From positions 1,824,001 to 1,888,000 of the forward strand of contig CAWDFP010000006.1 of the NCBI GenBank assembly GCA_963801605.1: a DNA stretch of 64,000 nt. The letters run 5' to 3'. The notes under the pieces are model-generated. The model worked only from the letters and a program-made list of their open reading frames with translations. It was not told the DNA's origin and made no database searches. Position 1 is the first letter of the stretch, and each line of letters starts with the position of its first letter. Below are positions 63,294-64,000 of this stretch, one piece after another. Both the position numbers and the translations under genes were made by a program. Origin of the DNA: an uncultured candidate division Zixibacteria bacterium. GTDB lineage: Bacteria; Zixibacteria; MSB-5A5; UBA10806.

Positions 63294-63836
63294 ATGTACG
63301 AAAAAATTTATGTTGTGCCTCTCGACGAAAACAGCAGGCCGTTCGCGGAATGGCTGGGGCAATCGCTTTCACGAAAAATGGGATTTCGGCTTCAATCAGG
63401 TATTGTTTCCCGTTTGCCTGAGGAGGCTTACAACGCGGGCAGCAATCAGTATTACGCTGTTCCCATCCTCGCCAAGCTCGAGCTTCTCAAGGGCGCTGAG
63501 GACGAGATAATCCTGGCTATCACAGATGAGGATTTATTCATTCCCAATCATAACTTTGTTTTTGGTCAAGCCAATTCGGTCGGCAAGACCGCTATAGTAT
63601 CTATTGCTAGACTCAAGCCGGAGTATTACGGTTTGCCTGAAGACGAGGAGTTGCTCAGGTCTCGATTGCTGGCATCGGCCTTACATGAGCTTGGACATCT
63701 TCTTGGTTTGAAAAATTGCTCCAACGATTGCGTCATGCGTGCCATTCGCAACGTGAACGAACTCGATCATCGGGCAGAGGGTTTCTGCCCAAGTTGCCTG
63801 CTCAACCTGACTCTTCCGACTAAAGTCAAGATTTGA
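63294..63836 (+). CDS. Archaemetzincin-family (peptidase M54) protein
   Basis: DLFIP..NFVFGQA, HELGHLLGLKNC...CVM, FCPSC; GGAG RBS before ATG 63294. Confidence 0.85.
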   Translation: MYEKIYVVPLDENSRPFAEWLGQSLSRKMGFRLQSGIVSRLPEEAYNAGSNQYYAVPILAKLELLKGAEDEIILAITDEDLFIPNHNFVFGQANSVGKTAIVSIARLKPEYYGLPEDEELLRSRLLASALHELGHLLGLKNCSNDCVMRAIRNVNELDHRAEGFCPSCLLNLTLPTKVKI

Positions 63837-63915
63837 CAATTTAAGGCGCTTGCCTTAACGATTTATATTCAGTAATATTCCGCCGTAACAGGCGGATTAT
63901 TATTTTGAGGACTCT

Positions 63916-64000
63916 ACGATTATTATTAAAGATGAAATAATTATAGTCGGCGATATTCCGGCCATTTGGAACGGCCTCACAGATATCAGCCGATGGAGTC
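63916..64000 (+). CDS. Possible SRPBCC-family gene start, truncated by window edge
   Basis: GAGGA RBS then open frame (T)IIIKDEIIIVGDIPAIWNGLTDISRWS; no ATG (ACG/ATT). Confidence 0.4.

Overview
Bacterial chromosomal window that is mostly housekeeping, probably from an FCB-group organism such as a Zixibacteria-like lineage (inference from the long SecA and from secreted proteins with YPNPFN...K-type C-terminal domains). In order: an Fe-S protein/aldehyde:ferredoxin oxidoreductase/MoaD-ThiS/MoeB-ThiF operon; two unknown genes behind a sigma54-like promoter; a secreted MBL hydrolase; an exported peroxiredoxin; an NtrBC-like pair divergent from a CusCBA-type efflux operon with a complete sigma54/IHF/UAS promoter; secA; an FHA/metallophosphoesterase/CHASE2-Ser/Thr-kinase module; dusB-larB-larC-etfA-putative Ni transporter-VOC; a small Cys4 basic protein; a 2-oxoacid:ferredoxin oxidoreductase operon; a broken secreted-protein gene; a rhodanese-DoxX fusion; HNH; trpS-scpA-(secreted metalloprotease)-scpB-rluB-cmk-plsC-rpsA; an LPS core/msbA cluster; rel, pgeF, uppP, amrS, aminotransferase, ROK, MFS and archaemetzincin. 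I saw no rRNA, tRNA, CRISPR array, transposase, integrase or RT. Several genes, including essential rpsA, carry single-base frameshifts that look like long-read indel errors. I cannot support a clearly new multi-gene system. The best leads are two ~140-nt intergenic elements with the same four-way-junction topology and a shared CCCGATC/GATCGGG hairpin, a possible Zn-binding homologue of ribosomal protein bL38, a Cys4 insert in SecA, the sigma54-driven unknown gene pair and the kinase/FHA/phosphoesterase module.
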